Shown here: positions 55,915-64,000 of the stretch, piece by piece
Position numbering within the stretch: the first letter of the stretch is position 1
Layout of the letters: the number at the start of each line of letters is the position of its first letter
NCBI GenBank assembly: GCA_964474835.1
Contig: CAYYUA010000011.1
Span: 1,439-65,438, forward strand
Source: an uncultured Sphingobacteriales bacterium
GTDB taxonomy: Bacteria > Bacteroidota > Bacteroidia > CAILMK01 > CAYYUA01
DNA: 64,000 nucleotides
Direction: 5' to 3'
The notes under the pieces: model-generated
Told to the model about the DNA's origin: nothing
Seen by the model: the letters and a program-made list of their open reading frames with translations, nothing else
The model's database searches: none
Made by a program: the position numbers and the translations under genes

Positions 55915-57063
55915 TTAGTCCTGCCCACTGCCCAGCTTCGCTGTGAAGCTTCCGATCTGCCGGGCCATCTCCTTCCAGGAGTGGGAATCTTTATAGGCCC
56001 GGATATTGGCAGCCATGGCCTCAGGGGCTTTGTCTCGGAAGAATTGCTGGATAGCTCCGGCGATGGCCCCGGGCTCAGTCGATGGGGCAATCAGCCCGAT
56101 GTCAGCCTGCTCTACCACTTCCCTGAGGCCGCCAGTATCAGTTGCGACAACCGGCACCTCAAAGTGGAGGGCCACTGCCAGAATCCCGCTCTGGGTAGCT
56201 GAGCGGTAGGGGAGTACATTCAGGTCGGCTGCTGAGTAGAAAAGCGGGACCTCCTGATCATCAATATAACGCAGGTGCAGGTGCGTTCGCGCTTCGGCCT
56301 CGTGCCCGGCTACTTGCTGGCGGTAAGGCGCTTCATCGCCATAGACCTCCCCGGCCACCAGCAGCTCGTAGTCTGCCGGCAGGTGCTTAAAGGCTTCCAG
56401 TAGCAGGTCCAGCCCTTTATAGCCGCGAATCAGCCCAAAGAACAGCAGGGTACGCTTTGTAGGGTCCAGGCCGAGCCTGGCTTTAGCCTGTTCCTTAGGC
56501 AGCGCTTCCCCGAAATGATCATAAACCGGGTGCGGATGGTAGTAGCAGGGAAGCTGAGGCTTGATACGGGCAAGGTCGGCTTTTACTGCTTCGCTCATGG
56601 CCACTGCACCATCCAGCCGGTTCAGGAAATAGTGCGTAAGGAGCGTGTCGCCCGGCCGCTGCTCATGGGGAGTGGCATTGTCTATAACACTGATGATCGT
56701 TGTTCCCTGCTTCCGCAGCCGGCCGGCTACTGTTCCCAGGCTTGGCCCGAAAAACGGCATCCAGAAGCGCAGGATCAGCAGGTCTGGTTGAAAAGCCCGG
56801 ACGGCTCTGGCTGTCTGTAGGTAAGTAAGGGGATTCAGGCTGTCCAGGGTCTGCTCAGCCTTAACAGCAGCCGCGGTGTTGTCTGAACTGGTAACGTACT
56901 GGCTTTTGCCGGGGAAAAGCAGATCCGGGTACTGGCGGGTGAAGGTAAACGCCCGGGTTTCGTAGCCCAGCTCCTGGAAAGCCTGGTACAGGGAGGCATT
57001 GGATTGTGCGATCCCGCCACGGAACGGGTAGAATGTTGATAAAAAAGCAACCCGCTGAATCAT
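55915..57063 (-). CDS. GT4 family glycosyltransferase
   Basis: GT-B fold with the C-terminal E..E..G motif region (FEVPVVATDTGGLREVV). Confidence 0.75.
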   Translation of the reverse strand: MIQRVAFLSTFYPFRGGIAQSNASLYQAFQELGYETRAFTFTRQYPDLLFPGKSQYVTSSDNTAAAVKAEQTLDSLNPLTYLQTARAVRAFQPDLLILRFWMPFFGPSLGTVAGRLRKQGTTIISVIDNATPHEQRPGDTLLTHYFLNRLDGAVAMSEAVKADLARIKPQLPCYYHPHPVYDHFGEALPKEQAKARLGLDPTKRTLLFFGLIRGYKGLDLLLEAFKHLPADYELLVAGEVYGDEAPYRQQVAGHEAEARTHLHLRYIDDQEVPLFYSAADLNVLPYRSATQSGILAVALHFEVPVVATDTGGLREVVEQADIGLIAPSTEPGAIAGAIQQFFRDKAPEAMAANIRAYKDSHSWKEMARQIGSFTAKLGSGQD

Positions 57064-57153
57064 AGCCCGGACTTATCGCAGTTTAAAAGAGCAAAAGTAG
57101 GAAGTTGAAAGATGGCAGCTGAATGCAGGTTGGCTACGAGAGCACTGACAACA

Positions 57154-58341
57154 CTAGCCGGTAACTGTCGGGAAGATCAGGTCATCTGCAGTGATGGTCT
57201 CGGTTTCCGATATCAGCAGGGCCCGCTCAATGACGGTGCGGAGCTCCCGGATGTTCCCCGGCCAGTGGTATTCCAGCAGCGCTTGATAGGCCTCTCTGGA
57301 GAGGGACTTTTTAGCAGCACCGTAGGTTTGGGCAAACTCACCCAGAAAATGCCGGGATAGCAGGATGATATCATTCCCGCGCTCACGGAGCGGTGGAAGG
57401 TGGATAAGGAACCCTTGTAGCCGGTAGAACAGGTCCTCCCGGAATTGGTTATGCTTTACCATTTCGTGAAGGTTGCGGTTGGTAGCTGCGATAACCCGGA
57501 CGTCCAGCTTGATCTCTTTATTGCTGCCCACACGGGTTACTTTTTTCTCCTGCAGGACGCGCAGAAGCTTAGCCTGTAGCTCAAAACTCAGCTCCCCGAT
57601 CTCATCCAGGAAGATCGTACCCTGATCGGCCTCCTCAAATTTGCCGATCCGCCTTGAGTTAGCCCCGGTAAAGGCGCCTTTTTCATGGCCGAACAGTTCG
57701 CTCTCTACAAGGTCCTCCGGGATAGCAGGCATATTCACGGTTACAAAGGGCTTTTTCCGGCGCGGGGAGTTGTAGTGGATGTTGTGCGCTACGATCTCCT
57801 TACCGGTACCGCTTTCTCCGGTGAGCAGGACCATGATGTCCGTCTTTTCCACTTTCTGGAGCAGGCGCAGCACCTTTAGAATTGGCTTACTCTCCCCGAT
57901 GATCTCCTCGTACTTTTCGCGGTCCAGGATTCTGCTCCGGAGGTCCTCTACTTCTTTCCGCAGGGAAATAGCAGACGTGAAATTTTTGACAGAACTGACG
58001 AGCTCCTCAACCGAATTGCCGGTTTTGACCACATAATCCCTTGCGCCAGCCCGGAAGGCATGAACGGCCACTTCCACATCTTCCTGCCCGGATACCATGA
58101 TGGCGATGGTGTCCGGCTTGTGCGCTTTGACCTTTTTCAGGACATCGAGCCCGGAGATCTCAGGCAGGTAATAGTCAATCGTGATGATATCAGGCTCGTC
58201 ATCCAGGTGCTCAAGTAAGGATTCGCCCGTATCGAAAACCGTGACATCAAAGCGCTGGTCATCCTCCAGCGCCTTTTTGACCAGCTTGCCGAAGATCTCA
58301 TCATCTTCCAGGACGTAAACGGTGATCAGGTAGTTGCTCAT
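57154..58341 (-). CDS. Sigma-54-dependent response regulator lacking a C-terminal DNA-binding domain
   Basis: REC (Asp in IITIDYYLP), AAA+ sigma54 activator (GESGTGKE, GAFTGA). The protein ends ~15 aa after the AAA lid with no Fis-type HTH. Confidence 0.75.
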   Translation of the reverse strand: MSNYLITVYVLEDDEIFGKLVKKALEDDQRFDVTVFDTGESLLEHLDDEPDIITIDYYLPEISGLDVLKKVKAHKPDTIAIMVSGQEDVEVAVHAFRAGARDYVVKTGNSVEELVSSVKNFTSAISLRKEVEDLRSRILDREKYEEIIGESKPILKVLRLLQKVEKTDIMVLLTGESGTGKEIVAHNIHYNSPRRKKPFVTVNMPAIPEDLVESELFGHEKGAFTGANSRRIGKFEEADQGTIFLDEIGELSFELQAKLLRVLQEKKVTRVGSNKEIKLDVRVIAATNRNLHEMVKHNQFREDLFYRLQGFLIHLPPLRERGNDIILLSRHFLGEFAQTYGAAKKSLSREAYQALLEYHWPGNIRELRTVIERALLISETETITADDLIFPTVTG

Positions 58342-58463
58342 GGGGTAGCATTTAGGCGCAACTGAGGGCTGGAATCCTGCTGCGTTATACCTGAAAGGTA
58401 GGCTTTTCTAAAGGTGTGCCCTCCGTGTGGAAGTAATTTGGGTGGTGCAGGGCGGACGCGCTG

Positions 58464-58874
58464 CTACTGATAAATGGTCATGACCAGCTTCCGGCCGCTG
58501 GCGCGGTTACGAAACTCGCACAGGTAAATGCCCTGCCAGGTGCCCAGGTTAAGCTCTCCGTCAGAGATAGGAATGGTCAGGGAGTGGCCGGTCATGGTGC
58601 TTTTTACATGGCTTGGCATATCATCAGGGCCTTCTTCCTTATGGGTGTAGAAGGGTTGCTCCTCAGGGACCACTTGGTTCAGGATGGCCTCAAAATCTTT
58701 CCGGACGGCCGGGTCTGCGTTTTCATTGATGGCCAAACCTGCCGAGGTGTGCTTGATGAAGATATTCAGCAGGCCCTGCTGAGGCAGATCACCCAGCACA
58801 TAGCTGATTTCAGAGGTGATGATGTGGATGCCACGCCGGTATGGTGCTAACTGAATTTCGCGCTGCGTGATCAT
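58464..58874 (-). CDS. yjbQ: YjbQ/UPF0047 family protein (secondary thiamine-phosphate synthase-like)
   Basis: 136 aa, typical N-terminus (IQLAPYRRGIHIIT) and length. Confidence 0.8.
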   Translation of the reverse strand: MITQREIQLAPYRRGIHIITSEISYVLGDLPQQGLLNIFIKHTSAGLAINENADPAVRKDFEAILNQVVPEEQPFYTHKEEGPDDMPSHVKSTMTGHSLTIPISDGELNLGTWQGIYLCEFRNRASGRKLVMTIYQ

Positions 58875-58976
58875 AGGTGCTACGGGCTTTGTGGACGGGA
58901 ATGAAGCAAGCCAACAGGCCTGGTGATCCTTTTGAACGTCAGGCAGACCTGCTGGCTTTAAGCGCCAAATATCGCA

Positions 58977-61835
58977 TTATGTATCGTTGAACAGGGCGTC
59001 CAGGCTAAGCTCTTCCACCGGACCAAGGGAGCGCAACAGCTCAAAGTCCAGGTGATCACGACTGCCCAGCACCAGGTAGCGGAACTGCTTACCCTTTACA
59101 CGCTTATCAAAAAAGGCGCGGAGCTCCTCAAAGGTGATGCTTTGCATCTTGTCATACACATCCTTCCGCTGATCATGGTAAATGCCGCGCTTGCGGTTTT
59201 CCTCATAGGCCCAGAAAATCTTCGTACGGGTGATGCGTTCTGTGGCGATCTGCTTCATTACGGAGTCCCTGGCCTGCTCAAACTGATCCGGCACTTCCGG
59301 GAGCTCAGCGGTTAGCTGCTGAAGGGTTTCCAGGGCTTCACCTAGTTTATCAGCCTGGGTGCCTAAGTAAGATAGCAGGTAATGCGCTTCCTGATCCGTT
59401 CGCGGCTGCGTGAAGAAGCTAAAGGCTGAGTAAGCCAGGGCCTTGGATTCCCGGATTTCCTGGAAGACCAGAGAGGATAAGCCTCCGCCAAAGTACTCGT
59501 TGAAGATCGCTATGTAGGGCGTCAGAGCAGGATCATAGGTTTCATCCCTTGCCAGCAGGACGATTTCAGCCTGCACCATATCATAGTTGACGGTGTACAC
59601 ATACTGATCCTTGCTGTCCAAGGGCTCGTAGGCCACAGGTTCCGGCACCTTGTGCTGAGCCGCTTGCCGGGGATGGTAAGGGGCTATCAGCGCTTTAACC
59701 GTTTCCGGGCCGGACTGGCCGTAGTAGAAGATCCGGTGCTGGAAGCCGAGCATGCCGTGCAGGTGGCTGACCAGCTGCTCTGGTGTAATCTGCGCCAGGG
59801 CTTCCCTGGACAAGCGGTTGGTGAAGGGATTGTGGTACCCGAACTTCCCGAAATTAACAAGCCCTTGCCGCAGGATGGTCTGCTTATCAGCCTTTTCGTC
59901 TTCCCGCTCTTTCAGGATGGTATCAATCAGCGCGTCCAGCGCCTCTTTGTCCGGCCGGGCATTGGCCATAAGGTGCTCCAGTAGCTGAACGGCCGGCTCG
60001 AGGGACTCTTCCAGGCCCTTCAGGTATACAAAGAACTGATCCCGCTGGACAGAGGTATGGTAGCTGACTCCCAGGTGGAAAAAAGCCTGCCGGATCCCTT
60101 CCGGGCTGTACTGATCCGTACCCAGGTACGGCAGGTAGCGCAGGGCCAGGCTCTTTTCCAGGTCATGGTCTGAGCCCATATCAAAAATGAAATAAAGGCG
60201 GAACGTGTCGTTCACCGGGTTTGGCACGTAGTGAAAGGGAATACGCTCCAACAGGGCGCTGTGCTGAATATCCCGGTCAAAATCCAGAAAGCGGGGCTCC
60301 ATTGTGCTGCCCGGCAGCTCAGCCACTTCCCGGAAAAAGGCAGATTGCCCCTCACGGTTGAGCTGTACAGGCGTGATCGGTGGCTTATCAAGGTGCACCA
60401 CATCCGGATCGTGTCCCTGCCGCTTGTAGACTGTTACATGGTTATTGCCCAGGTGCTCACGGGCAAAGCTCACCAGGTCGTCCTTGCTCAGTTGGGCCAG
60501 GCCTTCCAGCTCTCTTACGTAGTCGGTCCAGGGCACTTCATTGCTAAAGGCATCCACAAAGGCCTCTACACGCCCATTGTTACTGGCCAGTTGCTCTTTC
60601 TGCTTCAGGCGGAGGTCATTCACCACAGCTTCCACCATCCACTCCTCGAAATTGCCCTGTCTGAGGTTCTCGATCTGCTCATACACCAGTTGCCGCGCTT
60701 CGTCCAGGGACTGCCCTGCTCTGGGGATAGCATTGATCAGCAGCAGGGAATAATCCTTTAGCGGTACAAAGCCGCACATGGCCTGCATGACGGCCTGGCG
60801 CTGGTTCAGGTTCAGGTCGATCAGCCCGGCCCTTTCATTGAAGAGCAGCCCCTCCAGGACCTTCATGTACTTGGCATCCTCCGAGCTGGCCCCGTTGAGC
60901 CGGTAGCCCAGCATAACATTTTCCGCTTCCTGCCCCCACACCGTCTTTTCAGCCGGCTGCTGGAAGGCTGGCTCTTCTGCTTTAGGCCGCTCTGGCTGAT
61001 CCACAGGCTCGAATCCGCCAAAGTATTGTTCGATCATATCCAGGGTCTGCTCAGGATCCAGGTCACCCGACAGGCAGATCGCCATGTTGTTAGGCGCATA
61101 GTAGGTATTGAAGAAATGGTAGATCTCCCGCATGGAGGGATTCTTCAGGTCCTCCGGCTTACCGATCACGGGCTGGCGGCCATAGTTGTGCTGCTGGAAG
61201 AGCCCACGGAAAAGGGAATCGAAGATCTTTCCCTGATCGGAGTCCTGCGTGCGCATGTTAAACTCCTCGTACACGGTTTCCAGCTCCGTGTGGAAAAGCC
61301 GTAGCACAGGGTTCCGGAAGCGCTCCTGCTCAATCTTCAGCCAGCGCTCGAGCTCATTGGCCGGGATGTTATTCAGAAAACCCGTCTGATCAAAACTGGT
61401 GTAGGCGTTGGTGCCTTTAGCTCCGATCGTGGACAGGAGCTTGTCGTACTCATTAGGGACTGCATACTTAGCAGCTTCCGCTGATAGCTGATCGATCCTG
61501 GCGTAGATCTCCTGCTTTTGGGCCTGATCTGTGGTATTGCGGTGGTCTTCAAACAATTGCTCAATTTCGCTAAGGAGCCGGGATTCCTGCTCCCAGTCAA
61601 GGGTGCCCATCCGGTCAGACCCTTTGAACATCATATGCTCAAAATAGTGAGCCAGGCCCGTGGTATCATCCGGATCGTCCTGGAAACCCGCTTTGACTAC
61701 AATCTGCGTCTGGATGCGGGGCTCCTCGTCATTGACGCTCATGTACACGTTCAGGCCGTTGGGCAATTGACCCAGGTAGGTATTGATCGGATGCTCAGTA
61801 AGTTTTGTTAATTGCTTTTCTTGTATCGTTGTCAT
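58977..61835 (-). CDS. M16 family zinc peptidase (tandem insulinase-like halves)
   Basis: Inverted zinc motif HYFEHMMFKGS with downstream Glu, and a duplicated M16 architecture (952 aa). Confidence 0.85.
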   Translation of the reverse strand: MTTIQEKQLTKLTEHPINTYLGQLPNGLNVYMSVNDEEPRIQTQIVVKAGFQDDPDDTTGLAHYFEHMMFKGSDRMGTLDWEQESRLLSEIEQLFEDHRNTTDQAQKQEIYARIDQLSAEAAKYAVPNEYDKLLSTIGAKGTNAYTSFDQTGFLNNIPANELERWLKIEQERFRNPVLRLFHTELETVYEEFNMRTQDSDQGKIFDSLFRGLFQQHNYGRQPVIGKPEDLKNPSMREIYHFFNTYYAPNNMAICLSGDLDPEQTLDMIEQYFGGFEPVDQPERPKAEEPAFQQPAEKTVWGQEAENVMLGYRLNGASSEDAKYMKVLEGLLFNERAGLIDLNLNQRQAVMQAMCGFVPLKDYSLLLINAIPRAGQSLDEARQLVYEQIENLRQGNFEEWMVEAVVNDLRLKQKEQLASNNGRVEAFVDAFSNEVPWTDYVRELEGLAQLSKDDLVSFAREHLGNNHVTVYKRQGHDPDVVHLDKPPITPVQLNREGQSAFFREVAELPGSTMEPRFLDFDRDIQHSALLERIPFHYVPNPVNDTFRLYFIFDMGSDHDLEKSLALRYLPYLGTDQYSPEGIRQAFFHLGVSYHTSVQRDQFFVYLKGLEESLEPAVQLLEHLMANARPDKEALDALIDTILKEREDEKADKQTILRQGLVNFGKFGYHNPFTNRLSREALAQITPEQLVSHLHGMLGFQHRIFYYGQSGPETVKALIAPYHPRQAAQHKVPEPVAYEPLDSKDQYVYTVNYDMVQAEIVLLARDETYDPALTPYIAIFNEYFGGGLSSLVFQEIRESKALAYSAFSFFTQPRTDQEAHYLLSYLGTQADKLGEALETLQQLTAELPEVPDQFEQARDSVMKQIATERITRTKIFWAYEENRKRGIYHDQRKDVYDKMQSITFEELRAFFDKRVKGKQFRYLVLGSRDHLDFELLRSLGPVEELSLDALFNDT

Positions 61836-61977
61836 GGTTACAGTTTAGTCGTTTTCCGGGCACCGGGCTTCTTGCAAAGTTGGCAAAACAAGGATGTTTT
61901 AGCGCTCAATGCCCTTATTCTCAACGTGCTAAACGGGCTATGGTTTCGATTGTTAAAGCCGAAAAATCAGCCCTTTT

Positions 61978-63522
61978 ATGGCTAATGAGCGCAAGGAACT
62001 CCGCCTGATCCTGGGCGATCAGCTCAACATCAAGCATTCGTGGTTTGAGGAGGTAGATCCGCAGGTGACGTACCTGATGATGGAATGCCGGTCAGAGACG
62101 GACTACACCGTTCATCATATCCAGAAGATCATGGCCTTTTTCGGGGCCATGCGGCGCCTGGCAGAACAGCTACAGCAGCAGGGGCATCAGGTTTACTACT
62201 ACAAGCTACAGGACCCGGCGAATAAGCAGGATTTTGAGCTGCAGATTCAGGAATTGATCGAGCAGGAGGGGTTTACCGAGGTAGCCTACCTGTACCCGGA
62301 CGAGTACCGGCTGGATGAGAAGCTAAAAGCCATGGCCGACCGCCTTCCTGTGCCGGTCACGGCTCAGGACACCGAGCACTTCATCACCGGGCGCTACGAG
62401 GTACAGCACTTTTTCCGCAATAAGAAGACGTACTTCCTGGAGAGCTTTTACCGCGATATGCGGAAGCGCTACCAGGTGCTCATGACCGGGGATGGCCGGC
62501 CGGTCGGGGATAAGTGGAATTTTGATGTCCAGAACCGGCAAAAGTATGACGGAGCAGTTCCCATCCCGGAGCGCCTGCATTTCCACCATGACCTTTCCGA
62601 TGTCTACGAAGCTATTCAGGATGCGGGTGTGGAAACGATGGGGCGCGTAGCAGATCCCTCCGACTTCAGGATGCCACTGGACCGGGAGGAGGCCATGCAG
62701 CACTTTGATCACTTCCTGGAAAATGCACTACCGGCCTTTGGCACTTACCAGGATTCGCTGGTTCAGGGGGAAGGCAAGCTCTTTCACGCCCTGATCTCCT
62801 TTACCATGAATAGCAAGATCATTGATCCGCTGGAAGTGGTTCAGCGGGCTGAAGCCTACTGGCAGGCCCATCAGGATGAGATCGACATTGCGCAGATTGA
62901 GGGCTTTATCCGCCAGATCCTGGGCTGGCGGGAGTTTGTGAGGGGCATCTACTGGGCCCAGATGCCGGAGTACGAAACCTTTAATTATTTCAATCACCAG
63001 CGTCCGCTGCCTGATTTTTACTGGACCGGGGATACGCACATGAACTGCCTCTCGGAAGCGATCAACAATTCGCTGGATAATGCCTACGCCCACCACATTC
63101 AGCGGCTGATGGTGACCGGTAACTTTGCCCTGATCGCAGGCATTCACCCCGATGAGGTGGATCACTGGTACCTGGGCGTTTACATGGACGCTATCCAGTG
63201 GGCAGAGATCACCAATACCCGCGGTATGAGTCAGTACGCAGATGGCGGTAAGCTGGCCACAAAGCCCTATGCTTCCAGTGCCTCCTATATTCAGAAGATG
63301 AGCAATCACTGCGAGCACTGCTACTATGACCCCAAAAAGAAGGTGGGTGAGCGGGCTTGCCCCTTCAACAGCATCTTCTGGCACTTCATGGAGCAGAACC
63401 GTGATAAGCTGCAGAACAACTACCGCATGGGAATGCTCTACAACACCCTGGACAAGATGAAGAACAAGGAAGCGATCCTGAATCAGGCTGAAGAGTACCT
63501 GGCCAACCTGGATGCCCTGTAA
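61978..63522 (+). CDS. Cryptochrome/photolyase family protein of the FeS-BCP (CryPro, COG3046) class
   Basis: N-terminal LRLILGDQL typical of COG3046, photolyase FAD-binding core, C-terminal Cys cluster (CEHC...C) consistent with a [4Fe-4S] site. Confidence 0.75.
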   Translation: MANERKELRLILGDQLNIKHSWFEEVDPQVTYLMMECRSETDYTVHHIQKIMAFFGAMRRLAEQLQQQGHQVYYYKLQDPANKQDFELQIQELIEQEGFTEVAYLYPDEYRLDEKLKAMADRLPVPVTAQDTEHFITGRYEVQHFFRNKKTYFLESFYRDMRKRYQVLMTGDGRPVGDKWNFDVQNRQKYDGAVPIPERLHFHHDLSDVYEAIQDAGVETMGRVADPSDFRMPLDREEAMQHFDHFLENALPAFGTYQDSLVQGEGKLFHALISFTMNSKIIDPLEVVQRAEAYWQAHQDEIDIAQIEGFIRQILGWREFVRGIYWAQMPEYETFNYFNHQRPLPDFYWTGDTHMNCLSEAINNSLDNAYAHHIQRLMVTGNFALIAGIHPDEVDHWYLGVYMDAIQWAEITNTRGMSQYADGGKLATKPYASSASYIQKMSNHCEHCYYDPKKKVGERACPFNSIFWHFMEQNRDKLQNNYRMGMLYNTLDKMKNKEAILNQAEEYLANLDAL

Positions 63523-63523
63523 G

Positions 63524-63973
63524 ATGAGGCGTATCTACCTGGCCACTTTTATCCCGCATCAGACCGTTTCAGCCATCTGGGAAGGATTTGACGAGCACCT
63601 GCTGGAGCGCCTGAACCCACCCTGGGTTTCCGCTGAGCTGATTCGCTTTGATGGCAATCAGCCCGGCGATGAGGTGCATCTCAGGTTAAACCTGATCGTC
63701 ATGAAGCAGCACTGGGTTAGTCAGATCACCGATAACCAGCGCTCAGCTGAGCAGATCGCTTTTGTGGATGAGGGTAAGCAACTTCCGTTCTTCCTGAAGC
63801 AATGGCAGCATCGTCACCTGATCCGGGCTGTGCAAGGAGGGGCTGAGATTGTGGATGATATCCGGTTCAGCACTGGCACTCTGCTCACCGATGCTTTGCT
63901 ATACCCGGCACTCTATGCCCAATTCTGGTACCGCCAGCCCATCTACCGCAAGGCCTTCACACCTGCTACCTAA
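63524..63973 (+). CDS. Hypothetical protein immediately downstream of the FeS-BCP gene
   Basis: Start trimmed to MRRIYLATF; ~150 aa, no motif recognised. Confidence 0.4.
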   Translation: MRRIYLATFIPHQTVSAIWEGFDEHLLERLNPPWVSAELIRFDGNQPGDEVHLRLNLIVMKQHWVSQITDNQRSAEQIAFVDEGKQLPFFLKQWQHRHLIRAVQGGAEIVDDIRFSTGTLLTDALLYPALYAQFWYRQPIYRKAFTPAT

Positions 63974-64000
63974 AAAAAGCCCTGACTTCCCACCGGAAAT

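Noticed and set aside
1-64000. Search for CRISPR arrays, IS elements/transposases, integrases and phage genes
   Set aside because: There are no direct-repeat or spacer arrays, no transposase or integrase-like ORFs, and no terminal inverted repeats. The only repeats seen are a 30-nt in-frame tandem duplication and short regulatory palindromes.

Overview
This 64-kb window looks like a Bacteroidota (Cytophagia-like) chromosomal segment. Supporting signs: a T9SS C-terminal sorting domain protein, a CarboxypepD_reg-type TonB-dependent receptor, DUF2147, and few Shine-Dalgarno sites. It is densely coding, mostly housekeeping and accessory metabolism, with no obvious IS elements, CRISPR arrays or prophage genes. 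Recognisable content in order:
- a partial tricorn-like protease gene
- ahcY
- two tRNAs (Leu-GAG, Arg-TCT)
- queA, ispD, and rpsA with a long acidic tail
- a heme operon: a hemA-hemC fusion, hemD, a chlorite-dismutase/HemQ-like gene, hemL, and a glutaminyl-cyclase-like M28 lipoprotein
- two photolyase/cryptochrome family genes (cry-DASH and an FeS-BCP/COG3046 type)
- a compact ba3-type (B-family) heme-copper oxidase module (cbaD-like, cbaB, cbaA, SCO1, a membrane-anchored cytochrome c) bracketed by two Laz-like lipid-anchored azurins
- a PhoR/PhoB-like two-component pair co-oriented with a TonB-dependent receptor and a beta-helix lipoprotein, next to pstSCAB-phoU
- bioB, a T9SS cargo protein, a serB-serA-ACT fusion, a GT4 glycosyltransferase, a DNA-binding-domain-less sigma54 activator, yjbQ and an M16 peptidase
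The most interesting findings are: the azurin-flanked ba3 oxidase island with a candidate Crp/Fnr-type operator, the hemA-hemC fusion and Cld-like gene inside the heme operon, the Pho-linked outer-membrane uptake module with palindromes upstream of pstS, a frameshifted DUF2256 gene, and several domain fusions.
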